Assembly (NCBI GenBank): GCA_028534125.1
Contig: CM052817.1
Location: 54,624,001-54,688,000, forward strand
From: Lama glama
Taxonomy: Eukaryota
Length of the DNA: 64,000 nt
Direction: 5' to 3'
Each line of letters starts with the position of its first letter. The first letter of the stretch is position 1. The notes under the pieces are model-generated. The model was not told the DNA's origin and ran no database searches. It saw only the letters and a list, made by a program, of their open reading frames with translations. Shown in pieces: positions 27,880 through 41,700 of this stretch. Position numbers and translations under genes: made by a program.

Positions 27880-29158
27880 ACTTCACCATAAGCAATATAT
27901 CCAGATTCTGACCTCATCTCTCCAATTGCCTAGTACAAACCTAGTCTAAGGCATATTTACTTCTTGCAGGGATTACTTTAATAGCTTCCTAGCAGTTTAT
28001 TGATGTTACTTTTGCTCCTACTGCATTACCCACGGTCTATTACCAGTAGCATAGCCATATGGTTTCACAACCCTCTAATGGTTTTACATTTAGCATAGAG
28101 TAAAAGCCAAGTCATTACAAGACGAATCCCCCTTCCCTTAATCTGCTTGCCCCCAGCTTTTCTCTATTCCGCTTGGTCTTGCCACTTGCAGCAGACATTG
28201 TTGATTCTCCACCTCATATCATATAAACCTACCTTTGAGTTCACTTATAGCTATGACAATGAGTTTTCAAATGTCCACAAGCACCATCCCGCATCAAATA
28301 GTATGTCTCTTGACTCTTGCTTCTTTGCCCAAGGGCAGACTGTCAGTACAGAAGCTTGCCGAGCCCACTGTAGGGCAGCCCAGAAGTGCTGGAGATGTGA
28401 TGCTGCAAGGGTATCCCTCAGCCTGTGAGGAATAAGAACTAGTGGATGCATACTTTTGCTTCCTTCTCTTTTGTTGAAGAATTCTGAGATGTCATGAACA
28501 TGCACCTTGTTAGTCCTGAGCAGGACTGAGACTCAGCTCATCTTTTAACAGCCATTCTTCTTTCTCTGCCTTAGATTTCTCCCACTCTCTTGCATGCTCT
28601 TCAGGATCACCTCTTGAATAAACTGTAAGTATCCAAATCCTTGATGAGTAATCAATTCCTTATGACTAACTTCAGGAAAACCCAGTCTAGAGTACCACTT
28701 TAGCCATGCTGGCCTCTGCTGTTTCTCAAACATACAGGCATGTTACTGCCCTAGCACAGTTTCACTGCCAAGAATCCTTCCAGGTATCTGTTTGGTCTCC
28801 TTCATACCTTTTATATGATTCCTAAATAACTTCTTCTCAAAGAGGCTTAACATGACTACCTATTTAATGCTATGACCTGTATTGCCCCTGACTCTTCATC
28901 TGTTTTACTTTTTATTTTATCATATTTCAGATTCTAACATTTTTTATCATATACAATTAACATTTATAAATATTTATCACATTTCAAATTCCAACATCCT
29001 TTGTCAAGTGTATTTGTTACTTGTTCTCTATTATCTCTTACTTGAAATCAGGGATCTTTGTTTTATTTCACTTGTGTATCACAAATGCCAGCGAGTGCGT
29101 GGTATAGGTTTAATTAACATGTTTTCAGTAAGTGAATGAATGAATAAATGAATCCGTG
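27880..29158 (+). mobile_element. L2 3' portion, split by an LTR16-like element
   Basis: tagagtaaaagccaagtc..., gctggcctctgctgtttctcaaacatac, and the terminal gaatgaatgaataaatgaat tail. Confidence 0.75.
28125..28692 (+). mobile_element. LTR16-like ERVL solo LTR
   Basis: gggcagcccagaagtgctgg, ggatcacctcttgaataaact...ccaaatcctt, ttcaggaaaacccag. Confidence 0.7.
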
Positions 29159-29159
29159 A

Positions 29160-29990
29160 ACATTTTTGTCTTATTTGTAATGTTAAAGTAAAACATTTCA
29201 AAGTTTCTCCATTAAAAATATTTTACTGTAGGTTTTGGTAACAAATCTTTATCAGCTTAAGGGATTTCATTTCTAGCTATGCTTTAAATCAGGGCCTGTA
29301 ATTTTTCTCTCTTTACTATCTTTGTCTAATTTTGCTTTCATGAAATGAGCAGAGAATGGTCACATTTTTTAACTGTCTCGGAGATGTTTTATAATGATGG
29401 AAGGACTTTTTTTTTTAGGGTTTGGTAGAACTCTCTCCTCAGACTGTATGATCTTGCAGGTTATTATCTTTGTGTGTGTGTGAATATACGTAACAATTGC
29501 TTCTATAATTATTAGAAGACTATAGAGTGTTAAGTTAATCTTGCTGTTTTAATTTTATAAGAACTGCTTATTGCATGTAATTATTCAAATGAATTGGCAT
29601 AAAATTGTTAATCTTATTTTATTATCTTTGTATTCTCTGCTGCATCTATATCTATGTCCTCTTTTGTTTTCCTTATTTACTTATTTCCTTACTATTTATT
29701 GAGTACTTCTCTATTTTCCTTATCAGACTTTCCTGAATTTTGTCTATCATATTATTTCTTCCATTATTATACTTTTTGGCTTTATTTTATCTTGGCTTCT
29801 AGAACTTTTATTTCTATTTTTATCTTTACTATCTTCTTCTTTCCACTTTCTTTACATTTACTCTGTTCTTTCTCTACCCTGTAAACTTGGATACTTATTT
29901 CATTAATTTTATATCTTTTTCTTTTGAAATATAACCACATAAAGCCATAAATTGGTATTGATTTAATCGTAACCCACAAGTCCACTCCTC
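29160..29990 (-). mobile_element. Ancient L1M ORF2 fragments
   Basis: aaagtttctccattaaaaatattttactgtaggttttgg, tttggtagaactc; T-rich strand bias. Confidence 0.6.
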
Positions 29991-30633
29991 CCCCAACTCT
30001 CCCAAGAGAACTGAAAAATGTTTTATTTTTAGAATTTCAAAATAGCTTTAATAAATTCAGTGAGATTTTAAAAATATTATTTCTATACCAGCAATAACAC
30101 AACATTGTAAACTGACTATATTTCAATAAAAAATATTTTTCTACTATGTACTGTGTCCTATAATAAAGAAGTTGAATAATTCATAATCCTAACTCCAAGT
30201 CTACTGTGCTTATATTCTATTGAGAAGAGACATATAAAGCACACAGTTTAGGTGTGGCATAGGTGCTACAGTTTAGGGGATAAAAGGTAGTATGGAAGTA
30301 CATTTAAAAATTAATGTCCTTTCCAAAGCAAGCAATGGAAATTACTTTAATTACTGAGGAAATATCTTGAAGTGCTTCAGATGTGGTCTTTAAAATGGAA
30401 ACCAAAATTGCTGCTTTTGCATCATGATGAATTTTGATAGCTAGGGGACAAGAGGAATTCCTCACAGTTACTTCATAAGTTTTGATATATAATGTTGTCT
30501 GAATCATATAGTTGTAAGTATTTTAGTTTCCGCTGTAATTTCTTTGACTCAAGGATTATTTAGTCATGAGTTTCTTATTTTGCAAATGTATGAAGGTTAA
30601 AAAATTGTATTTTATTGTTACTAATACCTAATT

Positions 30634-31052
30634 ATATTAGTCAGGGTTCTCCACATAAACAGAACCAGTAGGATGTATATCTAGCTCATGGGGATTCTGG
30701 AAGCTGACAAGTCCCAAGATCTGCAGGATGAGTCAGCAAACAGAAGATCCAGGAAAGCCATTGTTTCAGTTCAGGCAGAAGGCAAGAAAAATCCATGTCC
30801 TAGCTTGGAGGAAGTTATACAGGAGGAATCCTCCTTTACTCTAGGAATATCAGATTTTTGTTTTATTTGAAGACACTCACCGCCCCCATACACACACTCA
30901 CATTAGGGAGGGCAATCTGCTTTATTCAGTCTACCCATTCAAATGTTAATCTCTTCCAGAAACATCCTCTCAGACACATCCAGAATTATGTTTGACCAAA
31001 CGTCTGGGTTCCCTGGGGCCCAGTCAAGTTGACACATGAAACTAGCCACCAC
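30634..31052 (-). mobile_element. MLT2B-like solo LTR
   Basis: attagtcagggttctcc...gctgacaagtcccaagatctgcagg...ggcccagtcaagttgacacat. Confidence 0.9.
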
Positions 31053-32554
31053 GCTAACATTATTTCATAAGGAATGTGATCTCTATGACATGTCTTTGAA
31101 ATTTGTTGAGAATATATTTATGGCCAATTTGTGATCATAATTCATGCAGGCTTGAGAATAATACATATTCTCTAACTGCTGGGTAAATTTTAAAGTGTGT
31201 TTAGGGATGGGTGTTGTGGTTGAGTGTGTGTAAATATATGACTTTGAACAAGATAGTGATTTCAGTACACAGAAAACCTTGAGCCATCTTTGTTTAAAAT
31301 TCATTGTGGCTAGGAACTTCAGAACTCAAACCAACAAAAATGATGTTAGACTCCTGGTCTTCTCAATTATGTACGGCACTTTTATTAATCAAATTTTATA
31401 TTTAAAAGCAATTGAGGATCTATCCTTTAATCATTTATTTAGTGTTTTATTCATGATATTATCTGCATGATCAATTTCCTTTTTCTCTGTCAAGTGCCCT
31501 TTCTGGTTTCTACAAGCTAAATGTTGGAAACATAGAAGAGAGAAAGGGACATGCTTACTTTCTGCTCTCCACAATTGTAGCTTTTTCCTGAAGCAAAAAA
31601 TACAGAATGTCCAGGGTGAGTGGATGGAGAGTCTGGGGAATTGTGGAGAAAGAAGAAATAAAGGGAAAAATAAATCCCCAAATATTTTTGAAAAGTTATT
31701 AAGTTAGGTAGAACTTTCTTCCCCTACAACTAGGGTAAATTGGCCATGCCTGTGCTCCTTCTGAATATGAATATGCCTTCACAAATTTACATTCTTTTCA
31801 AATTTGTTTTGAGTTGAGTTTACCTATTTGTCTCACGTGGACCTTTGGTCCATGTAGGGCTGAGACTGTAACATAAGTTAGCAGGGAGGTGTCTGGGGGC
31901 AGCCTAAGTCCCTTGTTGTTACCAATAACATGATCCATACTAATTTTGAAACTTAAACATAAGTAAGCAAATGAGACTCATAACGCTCTGAGTCTAGTAC
32001 TTCTGCTGCTGTCTTGCTGTGCTTCAGTTGGCAACTTGCGCTTCAGACTGAAAATTATCATTGAAGTGTTTTAACCCTAGACACAATGAACAATTCCATG
32101 ATTTAATGATTTCTTTTTCATGACAGCATTACTGATGTGTATTTCTCAGACAGCTTAATCCTATTCTGATCATATCTTTCCCTTTGTTATCTCTGGTAGG
32201 TATCCAAGTTTTGCTACTTGTTGTGAAAAAAAGGAGAGTAAAACTCTATCTGTATATATTTCAAATATGACAAGTAACTACTGGAAACTTATTTATTCTT
32301 CAGCAACATTTTTCATATTCTTTCTGCCTAATTTTAGTCATATACAGTATTACAATTGGCCAAATTTACATCTTGGAACCCAAAGAAGAATTATTTTGTG
32401 TGCTTCACTTAGATCTCTGAGTATTCCTTTCCCTCATATGTTTGGAGGGCACCACTTTGTTTGCTTTTGCTTTCAATAGCTAGAAGCATTTAAGTAGGAA
32501 AGACTGCCCTTGCATTTTGAAGGCCTCTTTGCCCACTTGGATAATTCTACTTAA

Positions 32555-32822
32555 AAAATGACTGATGGGGGCTAGTGTATGCAAGCCCCAGCCCCCTTGT
32601 TTTGGCTGAGGACAACTGTGAGGCACAGCTTATACTCCAGAATATCTCTATGGGGTCAGGCGAAAGCTGCCATTCTGGGACTTGGGCTCAGATGGCCTGC
32701 CTACTGTTCCTCCTCCTGCTTTCCTTACTGCTTTAATGGTTTCCCCAAGAGTGTTTCCTTTTAAATCATTTGCAGATAGATCCTCAAATCTAGGTCTGCT
32801 TCTGGGTACGTAGCATAAAGAT
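32555..32822 (+). mobile_element. LTR16A-like fragment
   Basis: gactgatgggggctagtgtatgcaagccccagcc...ggacaactgtgagg...ggtctgcttctggg. Confidence 0.7.
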
Positions 32823-33887
32823 ATTTAACCTTAAAAATCATAGGTCAAATGAATCTTTTGTCTCATCTTTAATTTGATGAAAAATGTACCTGAGTTTACT
32901 CTTTAGACTCTCTAATAGTCTGTTTTGAGGCTTCATTTCTGCAGTATAATTAGTAACACTTCTTTATGCTTTGCATTTCATTCATAATTTATCAATGAAT
33001 TCCTAGTATACAGATGATTCAAAAGCCATAGCATTTCAAAGCCCCATTTTATCAACAGAGATATAATAAACTGAACTTGAGAGTACCAGAAATTACCAGG
33101 ATTCTCTGATGTATACTACAGAGTGTGCAGTCATTTATTCCCGTTGAGTTCTATGTGAGAATGTGAAATTCTTTGAGACTTCATGGTCATTTTCAGAATT
33201 CTCAGACTGTGGAAATAAACTGACAATCAGTCCCATTAGCATTAATACAGCTAGACAGGTCACTGAGAAAAGCTGCAAAAACTAAATATTGCTTTTTTCT
33301 TTAGAGAATTTTTTACATAGTATATGGCTAGGGAGATGGTACTCTTCAATAAAAGCAAACAATTAGTCATTTGATATTGACTAAGCACAAATATTTGGAG
33401 TGGGTCAAGCTTACTGGTGGTTTCCTAGGAGGAGAGTGTACTGCTGGGAGAAACCAAACGGAAAAGGAGTTTTTTTTTTTTTTTACAAATGATCAAATCA
33501 TAAAAAGATAAAACAGAAATTACACACCTAAAAATCATTCAGCTGCTGTCACAGAGTACAGGAGACTGAGTAGAATAGCAAGTGAGAAAAGAGCAAAAGA
33601 CAAGTAAATGAAATGAAGGTATTTAGCCAGATGGAAGAAATACTTATTTCAGTCTATCACAGTGGTCATAATACGATGTTATATGGGACAAATTTGAGTT
33701 ATAAAATTATAAATCACTCATTTATAGGTTAACTCAATTTTTTATTGTAAAACCTAGATTCCATTTACTTTCTAAACATCTATTCAGTACTTAACAAAGC
33801 TCATTTCTACTCAGGCCACAAAGAAAATCTTGGTAAATTATAAACATTCAAGACTGTGTAAGTCATGTTTTATATTATATTTATTTA

Positions 33888-33918
33888 TTATATATATATA
33901 TATATAGAGAGAGAGAGA
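33888..33918 (+). repeat. (TA)n(GA)n compound microsatellite
   Basis: Seen directly. Confidence 0.9.
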
Positions 33919-34229
33919 TCTATGAGGTTATTTGAGGAAAAAAAGACAAGTAAATAATAAATAAAAAATCTACTGGGTGAAAAAAGGAGATACAGAGTAT
34001 AATTTTAATTGGCAGGCCATCAGCTTCCTTCCATTTTAGAGCATTCAAAACTAAATATGTGCATGATTTATTAAGAAAGATAATATGACCCCATATAAAA
34101 ACACTGATGAATGAATATGATTTTTTGTTTTAGGTAAAATTACATTATAAATATATGAACTGCTTTCTTATATATGTATCTGAACTTACTTCCATATAAT
34201 TGAACAACTACTGGTCCCATTTGTGTTGA

Positions 34230-34682
34230 AGTATTAGGCAAAATTCTAAGGTTATCCTCAATAACCCTTTCCCTTGTATAATATCTTCCCCATGAATGTG
34301 AATAGAACCTTTGAGTACAATACATGATCATATTATATTGTACAGCAAAAAGGAAAATTTCCAGACTGGGCCTGACTTAAGCAAGTTTTTTAAAAGCAGA
34401 GAGTTTCCTCTGGCAGATAATAGACAAAGAAGTCAGACAGATAAACCTTTCTTGGCCTTGAAGACATAAATGGTCAGGCTTTTAACTGCTTATGAGGACC
34501 GTTTCTCAAGGAATACTGTTTAGCCTCTAGAACCTTAGAGCAACCCATAGTCGAGCCACAAGAAAGCTTACCCATATGGCTGCAAGGAGATGCATTCTGC
34601 CCACCCCCAGCAGGGCTGGAAGCAGGCTCTTTCTGAGTCAAGTCATTCTTAGGTGAGAATGCAGACTGGCTGACACTGATTT
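34230..34682 (+). mobile_element. MLT1E/F-like LTR, 5' part
   Basis: taggcaaaattctaag...taaaagcagagagtttcctctgg...gcctctaga...gctgcaaggagatgcattctgcc. Confidence 0.8.
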
Positions 34683-34699
34683 TTCAAAGTCTGATTTAT

Positions 34700-37600
34700 G
34701 TTTTATTTTATTTTTATTTATTCATTTTTTCATTTAAGTTAGTTGATTCACAATATTATATTAGTTTCAGATGTACCACATAGTGATTCAGTATTTTTAT
34801 AGATTGCACTCCATTTAAAGTCATTACAGCATAATGACTGTATTTCCCTGTGCTGTTCAATACATCCTTGTTGCTTATTTATTTTATATATAGTAGTTTG
34901 TATCTCTTAATCCCATACGCCTATTTTGTCCTCCCCTTTCTTCTCCCCACTGGTAACCACTAGTTTGTTCTCTGTATCTGTGAGTCTGTTTCTGTTTTGA
35001 TGTATACATGTATTTGTTTTATTTTTTACATTCTACATATAAGTGATGACATAGAGTTTTGTGTCTTTGTCTGACTTACTTCACATAGCATTATACCCTC
35101 TAGGTCTACCCACATTGTTGCAATTGTAGAATTTTGTGGTTTTTTTTTTTTTTTTAATGGCTGAGTAGTATTGTATTGTATACATATACCACATTTTCTT
35201 TATCCATTCATCTATTGATGGACACTTTCATATCTTGGCTATTGTAAATAATACTGCTGTGAACATTGGAGTGAATGTATCTTTTTAATCAGTGTTTTCA
35301 TTTTCTTCAGTTTATACCTAGTGGTGGAATTTCTGGGTCATATGGTAGTTCTATTTTTAGTTTCTTGAGGAAACAGCATACTATTTTCAATAGAGGCTGC
35401 ATCAATTTACATTCCAACCAACAGTGTACTAGGGTTCTATTTTCTCTACATCCTTGCTAACATTTGTTATTTTTAGACTGTTTGATGATAGGCATTTTGA
35501 CAGGTGTGAGGTGATATCTCATTATGGTATTAATTTGCATTTCTCTGATGATTAGCGATGTTGAACATTTTTCTTGTGCCTGTTGGCCATCTGTATATCT
35601 TCTTTGGAAAAATGTCTATTCAGGTTTTCTGCTCATTTTTTACTTGGGTTGTTTGTTTGTTTTTTAATATTGAGTTATATGAGCTGTTCATATATTTTGG
35701 ATATTAACTCCTTATTGGTCATATCATTTGCAAATATTTTCTCCTACTCACTAGGATGTCCTTTCATTTTGTCAGTGGTTTCCTTTGCTGTGCAAAAGCT
35801 GTTAAGTTTAATTAGGTACCATTTGCTTATTTTTGTTTTTGTTCCTTTTGCCTTAGGAGACAGATTCAAAAAATATTGCTACAATGTATTTCAAAGACTG
35901 TACTCTGTTTTTTTTTCCCTAGGAGCTTTATAGTTTCCAGTCTCATATTTAGGTCTTTGATTCACTTAGAGTTTATTTTTGTGTATTTTGTATTTGACAA
36001 AATATTCAAATTTGTTCTTTACTTGTAACTGTCCAGTTTTCTAGCACCATTTGTTGAAGAGACTGTCTTTTCTCCATTGTATATTTTTGCCTCCTTTGTC
36101 ATAGATTAATTACACATAAGTGTATGGGTTTATTTCTGGTCTCTCTATTCTATTCCATTAATCTGTATGTCTGTTTTTGTGATAGTGCCATGTTGTTTTG
36201 ATTACTGTAGCTTTGTAGTATAATCTGAAGTCAGGGAGTGTGATAGCTCCAACTTTGTTCTTTTTTCTTAAGATTGCTTTGTCAATTTGGGGTCTTTTGT
36301 AATTGCATATAAATTTTAGGGTTATTTGTTCTAGTTCTGTGAAAAATGTCACTGTATTTGATAGGGATTGCATTAAATATGTAGATTACTTTTGGTAATA
36401 TGGACATTTTAACAATATTAATTCTTCCAATCCAAGAATACAGACTATCTTTTCATTTTTTTGTACCATCTTCAATTTCCTTCATCAATGTTTTATAGTT
36501 TTCAGAATATAGGTGTTTTACCTCCTTGGTTTAGTTTATTCCTGGGTATTTTATTCTTTTTCATGTGATTTTAAATGGGATTGTTTTCTTGCATTCTCTT
36601 TTTGATAGCTTCTTTATTAATATATAGAAAAGCAAATATCTTTGTATATTAATCTTGTATCCTGAAATTTTACTGAATTCATTTATTAGTTCTAATAGTT
36701 TTTTGGTGGATACTTTAGGGTTTTCTATATATATTATCATATCATCTGAAAATAGTGACAGTTTCACTTCTCTTCCAATTTGTATCACTTTTATTTCTTT
36801 TTCTTCTTTGATTACTGTGGCTAGAACTGCCAATACCTAGAAGAATTTAAAGAAGAAGCAGTTGAAGTGAGCAGCCTTGTCTTACTTCTGAGCTAAGAGG
36901 AAAGGCTTTCAACTTTTCACTCTTGAGTATGTTAGCTGTGGGTCATAAATGGCCTTTATTATGTTGAGATGTTTCCTCTGTACCAACTTTGATGGGAGTT
37001 TTTTATCACAAGAGGATGCCGAATTTGGTCAAATGCTTTTCCTGTGTCTATTGAGATGATCATGTGATTTTTATCTTTCTTTTTTCACTGTGATATATCA
37101 TGTTGATTTTTGGGTACTGAACTATCCTTTTGACCCTGGAATAAATCCCACTTGATCATGGTGTATGAACATTTTTATATATTGTTGAATTCAGTTTGCT
37201 AAAATTTTGTTGAGGATTTTTTTATCTACATTCATTAGAGATACTAGCTTGGAATTTTCTTTCTTTACGGTGTCTTTGTCTGGTTTTGGTATCAAGATAA
37301 TTGAGGCCTTATAGAATGAATTTGAAAGTATTCCCTCCTCCTCAATTTTTTGGAATAGTGTGAGAAGGACAGATATTAGGACTTCTTTACATATTTGGTA
37401 AAATTCTGCAGTTAAGCGGTCTGGTTCTGGACCTTTTCTGCTGTGTTTTTTTTTTTTAATTGCAAATTCAATTTCACTGCTTAATGATTAGTCTATTGAG
37501 ATTATCTGTTTCTTCCTGATTCAGTCTTAGGGGAGAGTGTATCTTTCTAGAAACTTGTCTATTTTTCTAGGTTGTCCAATTTGTTGGCATATAACTGTTC

Positions 37601-38293
37601 ATCATATTCTCTCATGACTTTTTGTATTTCTGTGGTATTGGTTGTTATTTTTCCTCTCTCATTTCTTATTTTTTTTATTTGGGTCCTCTTTCTTTTTTTC
37701 TTGATGAGCCTGGCTAAAGGTCTATCAATTTTGTTTTTCTTTTCAAAAGACCTGCTCTTGGTTTTATTGATTTTTGGGGGGGGGGTCTTAATTTTATTTA
37801 TTTTCTCTCTGATCTTTATTATTTCCTACCTTCTGCTAACTTTTGACTTTTTTCCCCTACTCTTTCTAATTCCTTTAGATGGTAGGTTAAGTTGTTTATT
37901 TGAGATTTCTTTTGTTTCTTTAGGTAGGCTTGCATGGCTATAAACTTCCCTCTTAGAAGTGCTTTTGCTGCATCCCATAGATTTTGGAAAGTTGTGTTTT
38001 CATTTTCATTTGTCTCATGGTATTTTCTGATTTCCTCTTTGAATTCTTCATTGACTTTTTTTAAATAGCATGCTGATCATTTTCCATGTGTTTGTGTTTC
38101 TCCCATTTTTCTTTCTATAATTGATTTCTAGTTTCATACTGTTGTGGTCAGAAAAAATGTTTGATATAATTTCTGTCTTCTTAAATTCATTGAGACTTCT
38201 TTTGTGGCTTAGCATGTAATCTGTTCTGGAGAACTTTCCATGTGCACTTGAAAAGCATGTGTACTCTGCTGTTTTTGGACAGAATGTCCTGTG
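34700..38293 (-). mobile_element. 5'-truncated L1 (L1MA9-like), ~3.6 kb of 3' UTR plus degenerate ORF2
   Basis: ORF remnants [18 protein letters not shown] (RT active-site region) and [22 protein letters not shown]-rich tail at 34700. Confidence 0.95.
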
Positions 38294-38317
38294 TGAAGAC
38301 CAACTGTTCTTCTGTAG

Positions 38318-38470
38318 GTTGACATTTTGATTTCAGCTTTTAAGACCTTGAGCAGAGGAGTCAGCTTACTCACAATCCTGACTCATAGAAAACATGGGAT
38401 AATAAATTACTATTGTTTTAAGTTGTTATATATATAGTCATTTGTTACACAGAGACAGAAAACTAATACA
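38318..38470 (+). mobile_element. MLT1E/F-like LTR, 3' part
   Basis: gacattttgatttcagc...gagcagaggag...tgttttaag...gaaaactaataca terminus. Confidence 0.8.
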
Positions 38471-38960
38471 GTTGGATAAGTGGTATCCTTGTCAAGTCAT
38501 TAACAAATTATACTTTTGTTTTTTCTGAATTCATAACCATGGTAAGCCCTAAGGCTGTGGCAAGAAGGACTTTTGTTTGGGTTACACACAAAATGAAATA
38601 TTGATTATTCATCAAAATGATATTTTAGAAGTATATTTTTGATGTAAAATTATGTTCTAAGTATACTGTTAATAAAAATAGATTCTAAACATATTTAGTA
38701 CTTAATTCCTTTTTATTCTTCATATGTGTTTATATGGTTATAAGCATATATGCATGTAGAGGTGATTTATTTATATTTTCTTATTTTCTATAATAAATAT
38801 CGTATAATTAAAAAATGTAACTAAGCAAGCTAATCAAACACTGTCCTATCAGCATTTTATGATATTTAATGTGAGGTCCTGGACTTTTACTTTCCTTTCC
38901 CTTTTCGAAAAATTTCAAGATTATTATTTTCATTAAACTGCTAAAGATGTTTGTAATACC

Positions 38961-39455
38961 TGTTTATTAGTCAGAGTTCTCCAGAGAAACAGAAGCAATA
39001 GGATATATAAGAGGAGATTTATTCTAAGAATTGTCTCACACAGTTAAGAAGGCATGAGTTTCACAAGCTGCTGTCTTGCAAGGTGGAGAATGAGGAAAGC
39101 TGGTTGTGTACTTCAGTCTGAATTCAAAGGTCTGAGAACCAGCTGATGTAGATTCGGGAGTCAGAAAGCTAGAGAACCAGCAGCTCTGATGTCCTAGGGC
39201 AGGAAAAGATGATGTCCCAGATCAAGAAAATAAAGAGAAAATTTGCCCTTCCTTCATCTTGTTGTTGTATTTAGGCCCTCAGCGGACTGGATGATTCCCT
39301 CACATAATTGTGAGGGGCGAATCTCTTTTCTCTGTCTGCTGGATCAAATGCTGGTATCTTCCAGACCCTCAAGAACACACCCCCAAATAACGTTTTACCA
39401 GCTATCTGGGCATCCTTTAGCCCAGGCAAGTTGACCCATAAATTTAGCCATCACA
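38961..39455 (-). mobile_element. MLT2B/C-like solo LTR
   Basis: ttagtcagagttctccagagaaacaga...ttaccagctatctgggcatcctttagcccag...ttagccatcaca. Confidence 0.9.
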
Positions 39456-40699
39456 AATTGTTTAATATATCAAAATAATGCTTATAAATAGGGGTCACCC
39501 TCAAACCACATATTGAACAGGAAGGCCACAAAATGAGTCCCATGGTAGATCTGTCATATACAAATCAATACCAAGGATGTATTAATGCCTCAACAGCACT
39601 CTTACAAGCACTGGGGACAACAGTGAGGCAATGTGTCCTTGTCTGATTGATGTTAGAATACTGTTTATGCACTGTACACATTTCTTTGTGCTGTATTTAC
39701 ATAGCTTAATGGGGTTTAGAAAGGTCAGAATCAGCGCTGTAGACATTTGAAACTGTGAATTAATTATATTATTCAAAGGTTTACACAAGTCTAGTTTCTA
39801 TCAAAGAATATAGGGCTTTTGGTATTGATTAATTTAAAATTTGTATTTTTTCTTGTATTTCAAACCTATATATCAAATGAGAAATTACTACATGCCAGGT
39901 TCACATCAAATAAAAGTCTTATCCTCTCTTGTTATTCTATATTTTCCTATAGTGTGTTTGACTTCTTTCTTTCTCTAATTGGTGAACACCAAGAATTATC
40001 ACTGGAACAAGATAAATGTGTTTTCTGAAAGTATTATGGAAAGACTTTGGAAATGGAATGCTAACTGAATAATGATACTGATTATTTTAAATTGCTTTCC
40101 ATTACTTTTTAAGTTTCTCATCTGCATTTTAAAATAATCCCAGAATGAGGCATAGAAAGAATTGAAGTTCCAAGTGACTTAAAGAAAAATGACTATGCCA
40201 ATAGGAATTATGCAGAAAGTTTGCAACGACAAAACAAGCAAAAATTTTTCCAATCACAGTGACTTTATGCTGGTTCCCATTAGAGTACATGTAAGAATAA
40301 AGTTTCCTGCTTTTAGTTGAAACTGTATTATTCTCTGCTGGGAGAGGTTTGTTCTTCATCTACGAATCTTATGAATTAGAAGGTAATAGGTGAGTAAGTC
40401 AGAAAGGAAGTGAGTCTTTACCAAGTAAGCGATTTCTTTGCAACTTTAATGGAAAGTGAATGTTTGAGAGGCAGATGAGTTTTCAAAACCATTTTAAGTT
40501 TTAGGTTTTAATAAGTTTTGCCTGACTGCTTTTGTGAGGATAAAGCATAAGATGTTTTGGTAACCTTAGGCTGACCATTAGACCGAAAACATTGTTTTAG
40601 TTCAAGAATAAAATATTAATGAACAGAAATTGTTGGATGATCACAATAATAACATACACCATACAGTGCTAAAAAGATAGCTAACTTGTAGGTTGAAAG

Positions 40700-41700
40700 A
40701 ACAGAATTTAGAAGACTTTTGACAGGTTAAATTGAATGAGATAAAATTTACTGTATATAAATATATAGCTTTTTATAGATCCAATAATAGAACTATAAAG
40801 TGAAGATTTAGGGAGATCTGACTGACAGAAGTTTGTGAGAATGAATTTTGAGTTTTGCACTGTTCTTGCCTCTACTAGAGCAACAAGATTCCTAATACTG
40901 TCTGCCCAAGTTTATGCCAGCTTAAACTATATTAATACTGGTGTGGTCCTTAGATAAAGTGAGAAGATCAATCCTTAGGGTTCCTCAAGGTTGGACCCCA
41001 GTTATACAACATCTCACCTATTGTATTCAATTCTGAAAAGTTGCAGTGTACACATAGAAGAATACAAAAGACAGTGAAGACACCTCAATTCCTGATTATG
41101 AAAAGTGGCTGAATAAAATGTACTTGTTTGAGAAATAAAGATTTAAAGATAATATGAGACCTGTATTATTACAGTACAATAGTTAGCTTTAAGAGCTATG
41201 CATCCAGGATCCTTGGATTTGATCCATTGCCATTGGGCAAGTTACTTAACCTTTGATAAATTACTTCAATATCCTTTCCCATTTCCTCACATCTATAAAA
41301 CAGTATTAGTAACTGGGTCTTCTTTGTAGGATTGTTGTTAACATTAAAAGGTATGTGCAAAGCATTTAGAACTGTTCCTGGAAGAAATTACTCAATGATT
41401 TTTAGTTATTACTATTATTGTTCTTGTTGGTACAATTGCTACTAAATATTTGGAGAGAAGCTCATGTAGAGGGGAGTCAAGAACTCTGGTATCACAGGGC
41501 AGAACTATGAATGGTGGGTTAGTCTCAAAGTGAGGAAGATTAATTCAGTATGAGTCCTTGAAAACAAAGAATCATGGTCTTCCTAATGATATAATGAACT
41601 TTTATTCCCGGACGATTGTTTAAAAGCAGATATTAGGGACATATAAAAAGGAATCCCAGAATGAATGGGAGATTCAAGGAGATAATCTCAATAGCTCATT
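40700..41700 (+). mobile_element. L3/CR1 LINE 3' fragment, split by a MIR
   Basis: tattgtattcaattctg, tatgaaaagtggctgaataaaatgtacttgttt, and after the MIR aaatatttgg...catgtagaggggag...cagggcagaacta. Confidence 0.55.
41172..41420 (+). mobile_element. MIR SINE
   Basis: ttgggcaagttacttaacct...tttcctcacatctataaaa...aaagcatttagaactgttcctgg. Confidence 0.85.

Noticed and set aside
35574..37943. Hydrophobic membrane-like ORFs (119 and 123 aa)
   Set aside because: Antisense translations of A-rich L1 ORF2
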